Origin: Camelus ferus
Taxonomy: Eukaryota
Length of the DNA stretch: 64,000 nucleotides
Direction: 5' to 3'
Assembly: GCF_009834535.1 (NCBI RefSeq)
Contig: NC_045697.1
Span: 110,920,001-110,984,000, forward strand
Under the pieces are notes generated by a model, which was not told the DNA's origin, did not search any database, and saw only the letters and a program-made list of their open reading frames with translations. Shown here in pieces: positions 15,090 to 28,690 of this stretch. The number at the start of each line of letters is the position of its first letter. Position 1 is the stretch's first letter. Both the position numbers and the translations under genes were made by a program.

Positions 15090-16733
15090 AAAACTTCAAA
15101 TACTTCGGAGGTGGTGGCTGAGAATTATGCCAAATATTTCCTCTCTTAAAATTCATTTATTTAACTATTTTTATGAGCTAGTAAACATCCTCTTTAAAAA
15201 GCAGGACAAAAATATAATGTGAATTGGATCAATTCTATTAACAGGTAAATTTCACTCTAGGAACATAGCTTTACTTGGGAAAAGTGAGGAGGAACATTTT
15301 GAAACAATAAGAAAAAAGGCACTACCAACACCTAAGTCGATATAGGGGGCGATAAACTGCAAGATCCCTGTGGCTCATGGCAAAGAAACAATTTAAACAT
15401 GTAAAAGGAGTACAGAATAGGGAAATATATGTTTCAGACTTTGGTTTAGCTTCATTGTCTATCAAGGAGAGAAAGAACACATTACTTCTTCCCCTCTCCA
15501 GCACCTCCTCTGTTCCAAAGAGTCAAAATTCACTTTATTTCTAATTAATATAATTCAATAGTATAAAAGAAGCACTTTGGCTAAACTGGTACCCAAATCC
15601 CCATTTTTCGCATGTTTCTAGGTAAAACTCAATTCCAAACACTGACCTAAAAACAAAGCTTTGTAACTCTTTAGGTTTAACTTCAGCCCAGATTTATGGA
15701 TGTATTTTTACTAAAACTTAAATTCAATTCCAGAGATAGTACTTGGGTAGTTATTATATTGGAATAAATATATATAGTATATATTTCAGAAGAAAATGAT
15801 TTTAAAAATACGGTTACCACTCAATTATTTTAATAATCAAGTTTGGCCTTAAAAAGAAAATAATTTAAGAATGTATCCAAGTATTAAGAGTTTGTTTACA
15901 CCTTTCTCTTTACCAATAATTTTTTTATAAAAACAGGGGAATTAATTTGAGACTTTAGTCTCCTTTCTGACCCTGCCTTTACAAGCACACATTAATGAAT
16001 TGTGAAATGGACATAGTGATCCAAAAAAATTGAGTGTAATAGACATACGAGTATAAAATGGGCATAAAATGGGAAAAAGAGATGACGTCAACGGTTTTAG
16101 CAGCTCCGAACTACTTACCTGTGAACTACCTCCCTGATGATCTCTTCTTTAGAGTGAAATAGATCAAAACCCAAATTTATCAGACTCTTAAAAATTAACA
16201 TTCGGTCACTAATGAAATAATTTCAAGGTTAATAAATGGCAAAATTCTAAATTATATGAAGTAAAACATCTTCCTAAAAACATTCTCTGAGAATTATTTA
16301 CTATAGCAATTTTTGAGTATGACTAGTACTTGAGCAACAGAAAACACACAGCAGAAAAACGTAAGTCACATGGAGACTATAACATTCCAGCTCAACAACT
16401 GAGTTCTCTATTTGACTTAAAAGGCCTAAATTTCATTTAAAGTTCTTTGCCAGTTTAACATCCTGATGGGTTTGGTAATCATTTTAATTGAACTTTTTCA
16501 TGATTTAGGAACATTAAATAATTTAAATAATTCGTATCATTTTAATTTTTACTTTGAATCTATTCATTTGATAGGAAATGTGAAAATGTATTTTTAAAAA
16601 TCTCAAATGCCCAGTGTCGGTTATAAATGCCAATCAAGTATTTTTGGTACCTTCTGGCAGCAATATTTGAAAGTGGTTCTAGTTGTAAAGTTAAACATAG
16701 TTTTGTGAGGGGCCACACAGAGGATAGGAATTA

Positions 16734-16877
<144 letters not shown>

Positions 16878-18937
16878 TCAGGCACAAGAAACCTTTCAGA
16901 AGCCTCTTAACAGACAGAAAAGAGAACAGAAGAGCCCCTCCTGGCCCGTATCCGCTCTCGACTGAACACTGATCTTCATGTGGTTGTATTTACACACTAA
17001 CAGCCAGGTACATGCAAAAGGGCACATCCTGTGCCACTGTGTGCAACTGAGTATCATTCTGAAATAGTAATAGTGAATTTCATTAATAAGTTAATTTCAG
17101 CAAAAAGGTAGATTGCCAAAGACATATGATGGTTTTTTTTTCTTTGTATCCTCTTTCACTTTTTCTTAATATTTGTTCCTTTAAAATTTTACTGTTTTTT
17201 TTATGATACTGTGACTATAAAAAGTTACATTTTTACCTAATGAGTTTCCCACCTTTCTCTTATGACTACGTTTGCCAAGACCAAAAAAAAATGCTTCCTA
17301 TGAAACATTAGGAAAAAGAAAAAAAACAGTATTTGTATGTACACACAACATTGCAAATGTTTGCTATGTGATATTATCCCTAAAGATAAAATAACATCAC
17401 TAAAATATACATAAAAATAAAAAACTTAAAAAATTTTTTAAATTAAAAAATAAAATAAAATAAGAAATTCACATATCCTTAGCACAGGAAAAAAAAAAAG
17501 ATAAAAAACAGCAGCAAATTTCACTCAAAACTGAAACAAGATTCTCTTTGATGAAAAGGAGGCTCTACTCGGAAGGCTATTTTGGTTAAGAAGAATATGC
17601 CTCAGAACTTAATAATTCTTTTTTTCACTTTTCACAACTGTTATTTTAACTTCTGGACATCTTTGTATTAATAGATTTCTCAACTGCCTATTGGTATTTG
17701 TATTGTAATATTATTTCTTGAAATTTGGTAATAACATAGAGTTAAGTACATAGATCCACATCAGTGGTTCAGAAGCAGAGTGTTTCCTGAGGTTTAGTTT
17801 AGGTTTCAGGGAGTCATGTTTCACAATTTCAGTAGCCAAAGATGGCTACTTTTATAGCTCTTTTTGAAACATCAAAATGTATCAGTGAGCTATTAGGATT
17901 TCAAATTCAAGACTGGAGTTCAAAACAGGACCATTACAACACTTAACCTATTTTAATTTTATACCAACTGCCACATTACTACCAAATATAAAAATATCAC
18001 ATTAGGAAAAAATTTTCCAAAAGGCAATGAAGACACTGAGTGATGCCACGGAGTATAATATCCTTCCTACATGTGATAAGGAAATCTGATACACTCACTT
18101 GGGCATTAAAGACAAAATAATCAGCCTGAAGTTACAGAACCCAAGTCCCAGAGTTAAGTGTGTCAGTCCACCTTACAATGAATTCACACAATAAACAGTT
18201 TTCAATGAACTTAGCAGACCATACGGTGAAATCTTATGTTCCACAAATCTCTGGTTTGTCTGTCTGTATTACAGCCTTTCTCAGGAAGTACTTTGCATTA
18301 TCTCAACCTCTGACAGAAGCAACTGTTTAAACTCTTCTTCATAAAAAATGGTAAGTATATTTTAGCATATTCAATTCTAAGGTGAGATTTTCATAAAGCT
18401 ATGGAGTTGATTTTATAACTATTAATCTAAATCTCACTGGAGAGTTTAACTTTCAAGCACAAATATGGGAACATATTTTCTAATTCTTTAATAAAGCAAA
18501 ATGTTTCATAAAAATTTCTGAAGGCGGAACATGAAGCGGAACCATGTATATGACACAGTGTTCTGTGCTGGTTAAAAAGAACACGGCCACATATGGTCCA
18601 AGGAAAGAAAATCAGACTTATTTTATGGAAGAAGGGAAGAGCTATCAGGAGATACAGAGCACCAGTGGAACTCATCCTAAACAATGAAAAGAAAATGGCA
18701 AGCCTCCTTCTTGAAGGCATGTTTCAAGATGGATTAAAGTAATCCGATCCCTGTACCAAACTGACTTCTATCAAGGTCACAAATTTGCATATAAATGAAA
18801 GACAAGGTCCACACTTATTAGACATTGCCCTTGAATAACACTTGATCTTAAGCTTCTCACCCAAAGCAAGTCACAAATTTGTTGAAGATTATTCTCCATC
18901 ACGAGCTCTTTCATACTAGAATTACCCTGCTGTAGTA

Positions 18938-19112
18938 CAGCCAGCCTTTGGTATCCACAGAGGATTGGCTCCAGGACCCTCTTCGATACCAAAATCCATA
19001 GATGCACAAGTCCCTTATATAAAATGGCTTAGTACAACACCTAAGAAATTTTGATTCGAACGTTGGTTGATTCCACGGATGCAAAACCTTGTGAATATGG
19101 AGGGTCTAGCTG
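18938..19112. mobile_element. MER2-like non-autonomous TcMar-Tigger DNA transposon
   Basis: Degenerate terminal inverted repeats (cagccagcctttggtatccaca ... tgtgaatatggagggtctagctg), TA at the left flank, and MER2-type core gataccaaaatcc.tagatgcacaagtcccttatataaaatggc. Confidence 0.8.
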
Positions 19113-19629
19113 TCCACAAATAATTGCGGATGAGAAAAGTGAGAATTATGTTATGTGTTGAGAGTACCATCAAGTCCAAACAAGGGGTGACAAAATGTGC
19201 ATAGAGTTCTGAATACTCAGAAAATCTCACTCAATAAAGTATTGTTTTCTATTAGCCTGAACATTAAGTCAACAGAAAATGAAAGGCCATAATTTGCTTA
19301 GCACTGTGTTAAGAATTATACATTTACATACTAACTATATATTTCTTACTTGTTTTAGGTACACAAATTTATGCTGAACCAGAATCCTACTTTTAAGGGC
19401 AAGAATAGTTTCTGAAAGTCACTTCTTTTGTAAGTTGTTTTTGTCCACATAATGGAGGAAACGATAATTGTGGTTAATAGCAGACTTCTTCTCATTTAAT
19501 TGGTATTTGGAGTAATTTTCAGAAATGTTTTCTCTTTCTCTCCCAATGATATAAAGTATCAGAGGAACCTTGATACCTGGCTCAGGTGTCAGAGTCTTCT
19601 ACATTGGGAGTATATATTTAATTATTTAC

Positions 19630-20725
19630 TTCTCTTTGATATTCAACACTTTTGATTACTTCTTTATTCTTGAAGTGATCTCTCTCCCCTGGGACATCAC
19701 GTTCATTGATTTTCCTCCTACCTCTTAGACCAAACTTCCTCAGCCTTTTGAGGGATTTTCTACAAAGTGATGCTTAAATATTGGTGTTCCCCCTATTCTA
19801 CCCTCAATCTTATTTTCTTCTCCCTCCAGCATTTCCCTAGACAGAAAAAATCCACTATCAAATTTCTCTCTCTGGATATAGCCTAAAGTCTGGACTCACC
19901 TTTCCTGTCTACTAGACATCTCCACTTGGATCATCTAAAGGCTTCTCACACTCAAGGATATGCTAAGTGAAATTATTATTTGTCTTTCCCCTTCTTAAAA
20001 TTATGCTGTTTTATCCATAGTTCTCACTTCATTTGATGATCCACCATTCATCTCCTTACCTAGAAATAAAGCCTTAAAGATTTCCCTTCACGTGATGCTC
20101 CTGTTAAAATATTTATGAAAGATTACTCCCTCTTCTTCTTCTTGGCCTACACCACCCCAACTAAGGACTCAGACACCTCTTATAAATGGCTTATTTATTT
20201 AAGCTTCTAAGAGGTTTCCCTGACTTCACATTCATCCTCCCCACCCCCACGTCCCCATTCTCAGTTAATGATCCCTACAGCTGAATTCTTTCCTGCTTTT
20301 TTAAAATCTGAACCTGCTCTGCTTTCAATCCTCTGACTAGTCTCCAGTAGTTAGAGGATAAAATCTAAATTTCCTAGCCTCATGTAGAAGATCCCGCTGA
20401 TCTAACCTCCCTGGGTAACTACCAACCAGTCTTCCACTTGTAACTCACCATGAAACAAAATGATTCAATTAAACGTAATTGTAACTTTGATCATCATGCT
20501 TTTTTCTCACCTTAGAAATTCCATCACTCCTCTGCACAGTCAGAATCCCTTTAGTTCTAAATTTCAGTTCCTTCATGACATCTTCCTTGACTCACCAAGG
20601 CACATTCCGTCTCACTTTTCTCACTCACTTGCAATCATTTATGTCTATGAACATACCCAACACTCCTTTGTAATTTTCGTGACAGGCTCTCCAATATCCA
20701 ATGATGCCTCAATAAATAATTGGCA
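19630..20725 (+). mobile_element. L2 LINE, decayed 3' portion
   Basis: ttttcctcctacctct..., ctgtctactagacatctccacttggat...cttctcacactcaa and terminal cctcaataaata are L2 hallmarks. Confidence 0.7.
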
Positions 20726-21251
20726 ACAAATATGTTATGAGCAAATAAAGAGATCAATGCTGTTAATCACAGGAAATTCTAAGGAATTCAATGTTTGTAA
20801 CTTAAAACTGGCCATGAATAAGGAAATAAGGACACATTTCTACTTTGCTTACACTTGAAATACACACAGCCTTACAGGATTTTTCTTTTGGCGATGAAAT
20901 GGACAGATCTTTATGAATTTTTGAAAAGTAAAACAAATAAGAAGCTTTAAATGCGGTGATTATTGCACACCAACTATTAGAGAAAATTAAATTTTAATTA
21001 TATATTAATTACTGAACTACTAAAACAATTGAAAACATTCTTATAAATTTGTCTTTACAGTAGTAAAGTTGAAGGAGAAATCTTGAGGAAATATTTGGAC
21101 TATGCTGGAAATGACTCACTTCCTTAGAATTTTCTCCAGAATTGTTCCTGGTATAATATAGATTCCTATGGAGCGAGCACATTTTGTAGCAAACCCTTGA
21201 CCCTTTCGAAGTCCCTACAATATAAATTACAGAACTAAGTATAAAAAATAC

Positions 21252-21413
21252 TTTTTTTTATTTGTTGTGGTTTTTTTGTTTTGTTCTGGTTTTTGGAGGG
21301 TGGAGGTAATTAGTTTTGTTTATTTGTTTATTTTTAATGGAGGTACTGGGAACTGAACCGAGGACCTCCTGCATGCTAAGCACACAATCTGCCACTGAGC
21401 TATACCCTCCCCC
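21252..21413 (-). mobile_element. tRNA-derived SINE (camelid Vic-1-like)
   Basis: Minus strand GGGGAGGGTATAGCTCAGTGGCAGA...GCATGCAGGAGGTCCTCGGTTCAGTTCCCAGTACCTCCATTAAAA...CTAATTACCTCC plus A-rich tail; A box present, B box degenerate. Confidence 0.88.
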
Positions 21414-21417
21414 TCCC

Positions 21418-21487
21418 TTTTTTTGAGGATTTTTTTTTTTTTGGTGGGGGAGGTAATTAAGTTTATTTATTTAATTAGTTTTTAATG
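21418..21487 (-). mobile_element. Second, head-less copy (3' half only) of the same SINE
   Basis: Poly(T)-ggtgggggaggtaattaagtttatttatttaattagtttttaatg repeats the 3' half of the adjacent SINE and of 36351-36398. Confidence 0.75.
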
Positions 21488-21794
21488 AAAATGTAATCAT
21501 ATTAATTTATGGTTCAATAGCCTACATCTACTCTTAGAAAGCACAGAAGTTTAGATATAAAACAGTTAAATCTTAAGAAAAAAAGGAATCTAAAAAAATG
21601 CATAAGATCATTTGTTCCGTAGGAAAAATTTAAAAATTAATGCCACGGTGGGTACCTTTTAACTACGCAAAGTGTTGATTGACAATATCAACAAAGTCAG
21701 CTCACATTTTTCAAGAAGTTACATGATAAATAGTGCAGTTCTATTAAAAGATATTCAGTCCACCTTAAACCCACCACATTCTGAAACCTCTCAC

Positions 21795-21973
21795 CTGGCT
21801 GGATGTTTTCTCTTATGATAGTTACATGGTTATCCCGATCTGGCCGTGTGTGTTCATGCCAAAAGCCTATCACATGGCCCAGTTCATGGACAACAATTCC
21901 AAATTTATCACAGTTCTTGCCAATAGAGATCGCCTGAGGTCCATTTCCCCGCCGACCTACATAGGAGCAGCAT
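21795..21973 (-). CDS. TLL1: TLL1 exon 6 (catalytic zinc site): [59 protein letters not shown]
   Basis: Not in the ORF track on this strand. Acceptor ttctgctttattccag|, donor |gtgaga; 179 nt. Metzincin HExxHxxGxxH motif at 21888-21856 followed by astacin E-x-x-RxDRD. Confidence 0.97.
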
Positions 21974-24352
21974 CTGGAATAAAGCAGAAAGTGCAGATGG
22001 TGGAGGACAGGAAGATGCTGAGGGAATCACAATAGGGTGAAACTTTAATAAAAAATTCTGATGAACTATAAAGTCCAGCACATTCAGAGGAAGAACAGTT
22101 TTTCATTAATAAATAGAACTGATTTCTTGTAATCCTGGTAAATTTATCTACGATTAGAATCTCTGAATAATCAATTGAAGTGGTTTTGTATTAATTCATT
22201 TATTAGAAGATGTGCCTTAAGTAATTTTTAGGAGTATTCAGAGTATAAATCAGAAAATAAGATACTTATGATAGTTAATGGCTATTACACATACAGTTAA
22301 ACTCAAGACATCAACTCACATTTATTTCTAATACATTTTTTTATTCTCACAACCCATGTAAATCATTTAGGTAACTACTTTGTCAATATGGTTATCTGGC
22401 AATAATCCATTATTTCAGTATTAAATATAAATTAAAGTTTATTTTTCCTCTTTGAGAAAAACAGAATTAAATTTGTGAAAGATGTTGTTAATTAAAAAAG
22501 GGATTACTTTTCCTGCTCATGGAAGAATTTCCTTAAAGAAGAAAACTTCTAAAAGAAGTCAATCAAGGAAAATTCGTTTCAAAGGTGAATTATCTAGGGT
22601 TAATGGTTGACTGGCGAAGGAAAATCAACTGCTAGAGTTATGAGACTTATGAGACTGTGTCAAATCATCAGGCAAATATTCAGTGTGACAGTCCATTTCA
22701 CCTTCTGAAAGAATCTCTTGGACTGTCAGAATGTGAAACATCCAGAGTGTCTTCCTGCAAATTTCCCTCCACTTACTGACATTTATACTTACCAATGATG
22801 TTTTTCTATGCACAATACAGAAGTTCCATTTACTCACTTTGTGTGTGTGTGTGCATGTGTGTCAGTGTGCAAGAGTGTGCACACACGCAAGGGTGGACAC
22901 ATAGGGACACTCACTTTAATCTTTAAATGGTATAATAATATACTAATTACAATCACAATTATAAATAAAATTAGGCCTAAAACTTCAATAATTAGGGTTT
23001 AATTTAAAATAGCTTATCTAAGGGCCACCCCTCCAGACAGCAATAGAGGGCAGTAAGTAATTGTCTTGAATAGATGGGAATTATCACGGTGCCAGCCACC
23101 AAACACATTTTCTAATGTGAAAATTACCCAAAATTAGTTGCCCAAATGATTAAAATGAATTCCACTAATTTCGTTCTTCAGAGTAAGCACATCTGGCAGT
23201 CCTGTTGATTGTTCACAAATACAAATATTTGTCATTCCAGTTATTTCTGTAGGCTTTAAATGCCTAAGCATTTTAACCTATCCCATGCCAATTTGAAAGA
23301 GTAATTTGGTTTATTATTTATGAATCTATTATGATGGTTAATTAAGCTTAATAAATCAATAATAGAGAGAAAACTGAGGAAACGGACAGGGAAAAATAGG
23401 GAACTGTACTTTTGCTCCCAGGTAGATTTCTTAATAGCACACTTTAATTTATACATTCATAGTTATTGATTACATGCTGACATAGTAAAGTATTAGATGT
23501 AGCAAAACACAAAATTTTGGAGAGATTTAAATGGAAATATTTGCTACCATAAAGCAATAGTCATGAAACTGAAATAACTGATTGTATGGCAGCTAAATGA
23601 CCCACACTGAGTCATTCTTGATGATATATTCAGAGAAGAATGTACTTTGCAAATCAAAATCCAGGAGCTAGTCAAGCAATATGGTCAATTCATTTAATCT
23701 AAAACATCCTTCATTAGCATTTTACGCATAACAATTTCCAATAAATAAGATGGGGTTTCATAATGGAAATCAAAAACACATCTCACACTGACTGTTACAA
23801 TGGTCCTGTGAAAAAAGAAAAATGTGGTGGTTTGAGCTCTGACATATGTCAGGTCTAGGGACAGACGAATTCTAGGTGCTCAAATGACTACAAAGCTAAA
23901 TATATGTACATATAATTATGTCTGGAATGACAGGGTGATACGCACAATTTATAAAAACATGGTTTAAACATGTCTAGGTATTATCTTGGTTTCTTTCTAA
24001 CGGCATCCAGGTTTGATACTGTTTTCTTGTATATGGCTTTTGATTTTTTGTTTCTAATTTGGGTGTTGCTTTTAAAGCTTAGCCATTATAAGATTGATCT
24101 GCCCTCTCAAGAAAAACTTTCATCATCTTTAGAGAAGCCTCACTTCTCCCTAAGCCATAGAGAGTAACTGAGTAATCCATAACCTGTTATTCCCTACTTT
24201 GGCCTCGGATTGGTGGATCAAAGCTTATAAAAAAAGTTGCCTATAAGCATAAAGATGCCCTCCCCACAGCAGTCTTTTCTCAGCACAGAGATAATTTCTA
24301 AACCGTAAAGTCAGATGACGTCACTTCTGTACTAGATATTCTCCGATGACTG

Positions 24353-24472
24353 TGTGGTAAACTGTGTCAATGTTCAAAAATATTCATCACCTCTCTCTAG
24401 GAGATCATTATATTTCCCTTCCCTACTAGGTTTGGTCATGTGACTTGCTCTGGACAATGTCATGTGAGCACA
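24353..24472 (+). mobile_element. MLT1-type (MaLR) LTR 5' fragment
   Basis: tgtggtaaactgt...tatttcccttccct...ggtttggtcatgtgacttgctctggacaatg...atgtgagca resembles the older MLT1 LTR start. Confidence 0.6.
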
Positions 24473-26024
24473 AATTGAAGTTGGGTTTGCCCAAAGATAC
24501 TTAAATCTGTAGTTGCATTCCTGAAATTAGGCTTTTTGAGCATTCATGTGTACATTTGTGACTGTTAAGTAGTCATGTTGCATTTTGGTTTGTTTTGGTG
24601 CTCACTTTCCAGTTCAGATTTACCCTGTGTTATTTTTTTTCAATGATAAAAAGGGTGATACTTCTTACAGGAATTGATCTTTGGCCTGCTCATCACTCCA
24701 ATCATTTCGTGGCTTCTAAATTTATTTGAAATTACCATAATTGGCCACAATTTCACGAAACAATTATTTTGCTATGATAATGCTGTATTTACATCTCATA
24801 AAAATTAATTTAAATTATTAAAGACTTTGAGTGTTGGTATTGCACAAAATACTGAGGGCCATCTAGAATAAGATATGTTTTAAGCTAAACACTTAACACT
24901 CTGTTGGAATTGGTATTGGGTCTTTGTCTTATAAGAGCTGTGGCATATAACATATCACATTTAACAAGCCCTAGTGTACATCTCCACTGCATATGGAGAC
25001 GTGGTAAATGGTGCCATTGATATGGATGGCGACCTTCCTCAGTTCTTTGACCTGGAAGACGAATGCTTCTTACCACTTCCTCTCACTATCATCACTTTGA
25101 TTGAGCTTCCTCACTGAGTCAGACAACTTGGAGCTCTTGCCATTTTTTAAAACCTCTAAATTCATGAAGTACATGTTCTTCAAAACCCCATTAAATTCTT
25201 ACCTCCTTTTATCTTAGGATTACACACGATGTACATTAGCTGATGTGTAAATTGTCAATACTTTCCTGATCACCTACTTACAAAGCAGTGTGCTGAGTGT
25301 CATGAGGGACACAGAGGTACGCTCCCTGCCCTCATCAGTGACGAAGGCAGACATTTGCTTGGACAGTGGAGATGGAGCTATGACAGCTGTTGCAGGGCAG
25401 AGTCCCACTGTGGGAAGCTCAGAAATGGATGAGAATAAAATATGGGAAAGATTTCCACCGATGAGAAAGGAAAGACTTTCAAGTAACTAAAATGTCACAA
25501 AAACAAACATGAAGATATGATAGTAAATAGGGAAAATTAGTTTAGTGGGATAAAACAAGTGAAATGGAAAACTTTGAAAAGAGTCAAGTTAATAAAGCAA
25601 TATGAGTATGCATATGAGTTTGTTACAAACAGAATTTGAGCAATGAAGTAATAAATGATTGGGGCTTTGGATGCATTCGTTTTACAAAATTGAAGAGTGG
25701 GAAAGAGAAAACATGTATTGATCTGAATACATTATATATTTAGCAATATGTAAGCTGAGCTACATCCACTCCTTTTAGATAACCAGAGGAAGGAAGGACA
25801 GTCTAGCTTTGGCCTTTTAAATATTAAATACACATAAAGAACTAGGAGGGACTTCAAATGTAATCAAAACTTGTCAAGCTAAAATTAGAGTAATTCAGAA
25901 GGAAACATTGCTTAAATAAGTCACAGCTAAAAAATTATGGCGCTATCCAAAAATATATAGAAAAATGATCATCTGTATTTTTTCTTAATGTCACTTAGGG
26001 TTAAAATTAAAACCCATTACTTTT

Positions 26025-26220
26025 CTGTTGAAATACGGTTGATTTACAGTGTTGTGTTAGTTTCAGGTACATAGCATAGTGATTCAGTGATACATATATA
26101 TATTCTTTTTCATTATCAGTGATTACAAGGTATTGAATATAGTTCCCTGTGCTATACAGTAGGACCTCGTTATCTATTTTATATATAGTAGTTAGTATCT
26201 GCAAATCCCAAACTCCTAAT
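26025..26220 (-). mobile_element. L1 3'UTR end (~200 nt), the 3' half of a U6-L1 chimera
   Basis: Minus strand ATTAGGAGTTTGGGATTTGCAGATACTAACTACTATATATAAAATAGATAA...TACTGTATAGCACAGGGAACTATATTCAATA...CTAACACAACACTGTAAATCAA parallels the L1 3'UTR at 47330-47515. Confidence 0.92.
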
Positions 26221-26224
26221 CTAG

Positions 26225-26318
26225 AAAAAAATATGGAATTTGCATGTAATCCTTATGCAGGGACCATGCTAATCTCTGCATCCTTCCAATTTTATATATG
26301 TGCCTCTGAAGGAAGCAC
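26225..26318 (-). pseudogene. U6 snRNA retrocopy spanning both U6 ends, degenerate
   Basis: Minus strand GTGCTTCCTTCAGAGGCACATATATAAAATTGGAAGGATGCAGAGATTAGCATGGTCCCTGCATAAGGATTACATGCAAATTCCATATTTTTTT aligns end to end with vertebrate U6. The ACAGAGA box is mutated and there are small deletions. Confidence 0.95.
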
Positions 26319-27851
26319 AAAACCCATTACTTTTTAGGTTAAGTTAAATGTTCTGGGAAAATGTGGTAGAAACAAAGCCAGATGTTGTAATTCCCCAATA
26401 CCTAGTGAAATACTTATTTCCCCCACCCTCAAAATATGTGTCACTAGGGCAAGAACTATTTCCTCCAAAGGACTTGAGCAGTTATTTTTACTTCCCTAAA
26501 TGAACTGTAATAGAAGGTATTCAAATAGCTGTAGCTGATTAGGGAAAATTACTCTATAGAAGAATTTCAGCTAATAAATGTAGAAGGAATGAAAGAAAAG
26601 AACATTAGAAAAGCACGATTTTGCAATGAGGAGAACTTGCACAACGCAGGGACCTGGCGGTCACCACCTGAATCCACTGATCAGTCACAGTGTCACTAAA
26701 GTGGTAGGTCCAGGCACTCGTACCTCTTGATGTGATGCAGGGTAGAGTAGACAGCACACCATATGTTCTTAGCAAACAAATAAACAAAAATGGAGGCTAA
26801 ATTTAAATATGCAGATGTTTACATATAGGTTTCAATTAACTGGAAATACAGAGGGACAAGCTTGAAAATTTTCACAATGAAAAATATTTTAAAGTATCCA
26901 TCATTGTTTGGAGAACTGCTGTTACTGTAACTTGGCTAGATTATGGGATTTGTGGGAGGATGTGGCAGCAGAAGAAGTGGAGATGGAAGCTGTGGTAAGT
27001 TCATGGCATTCCTTAAATGCTACATCAAAGAAGTTAGATTTTGTTATCAGGCTAGCATTTCCCAAAATGTGTTCTGGGTTATTGATACACATTCTTCACT
27101 ATTAAAAGGGTGGGATGGTGTTTCATTTTTTAAATAAGTTTAGAGAACACTGTATTCTGTATTCCTTTCAACTGGCTGAATACCAGTAAGGTTTAGCACA
27201 CTGCTTATAGAAATAATCTGTTGAAATTTAACACAGAGTTTTCACAACTTACAGAATGGTTGTTTTGGAGAGAGTACTGTTATCATTCTGTAGGAAGCAA
27301 ATCTAGAAAACACCCCTGTAAGAGGAAACAGTGAGGAATCTCAAAAAGCATGGTATTTTTGCTCTGATGAGTATTTTTTTTTAAGATAATTCTGGTGGCA
27401 CTGAATTGGCGAGGCAAGGCTGGAGAGCAGCTGGAATGCGCCAGTTGTAAAGTGACAAAGACACGAATGGACCAGGGGGCTGGCACGGGGCAAAACTGGA
27501 AACCAGAAGACATAGTGAATATCCACACAAACTCTTCGTGCAAATTTTAGAGGGTGCACAACAGAATCACTAAAACAGAGAATACTGAGCTTTCCAATTC
27601 AGGTGAGTGGGAGGTTGGCAATGCCACCACGTAGCTAGAACAGAAGGAAAGGCAGCTGAGGTGGTGACGGAACACACTTGGAGCAGATGCACAGAGGTCT
27701 GTGATCAAAGAATACATTTACTTAAAATATAATATTTTCTTACATAAAATTGATACTTTCTCATGGGCAAAATACTAAGCAAATATTAAAACACGAATCT
27801 TACCTATGGGTCTTTCTCCCTCCTACGTAAGTCATTCCCTGGTTCTACTCA

Positions 27852-28274
<423 letters not shown>

Positions 28275-28456
28275 TTAAAGCCCAGAACAGCTCTTTAGAT
28301 TCTTAGAACTCAAGACTAAATATATTTTTAAATTTAAGACTTCCTGACAACTAAGGGAAATGGAGTATTTCTCAAGTTTGATTTAATAGTATGTTATATA
28401 TATGAATATTCTATAAAAATATACACATAACCTATATGATAATTATTTCTTAATCA

Positions 28457-28690
<234 letters not shown>

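Noticed and set aside
26225..26318. Functional U6 snRNA gene
   Set aside because: ACAGAGA box mutated, internal deletions, fused to L1 and flanked by a TSD; it is a retrocopy.
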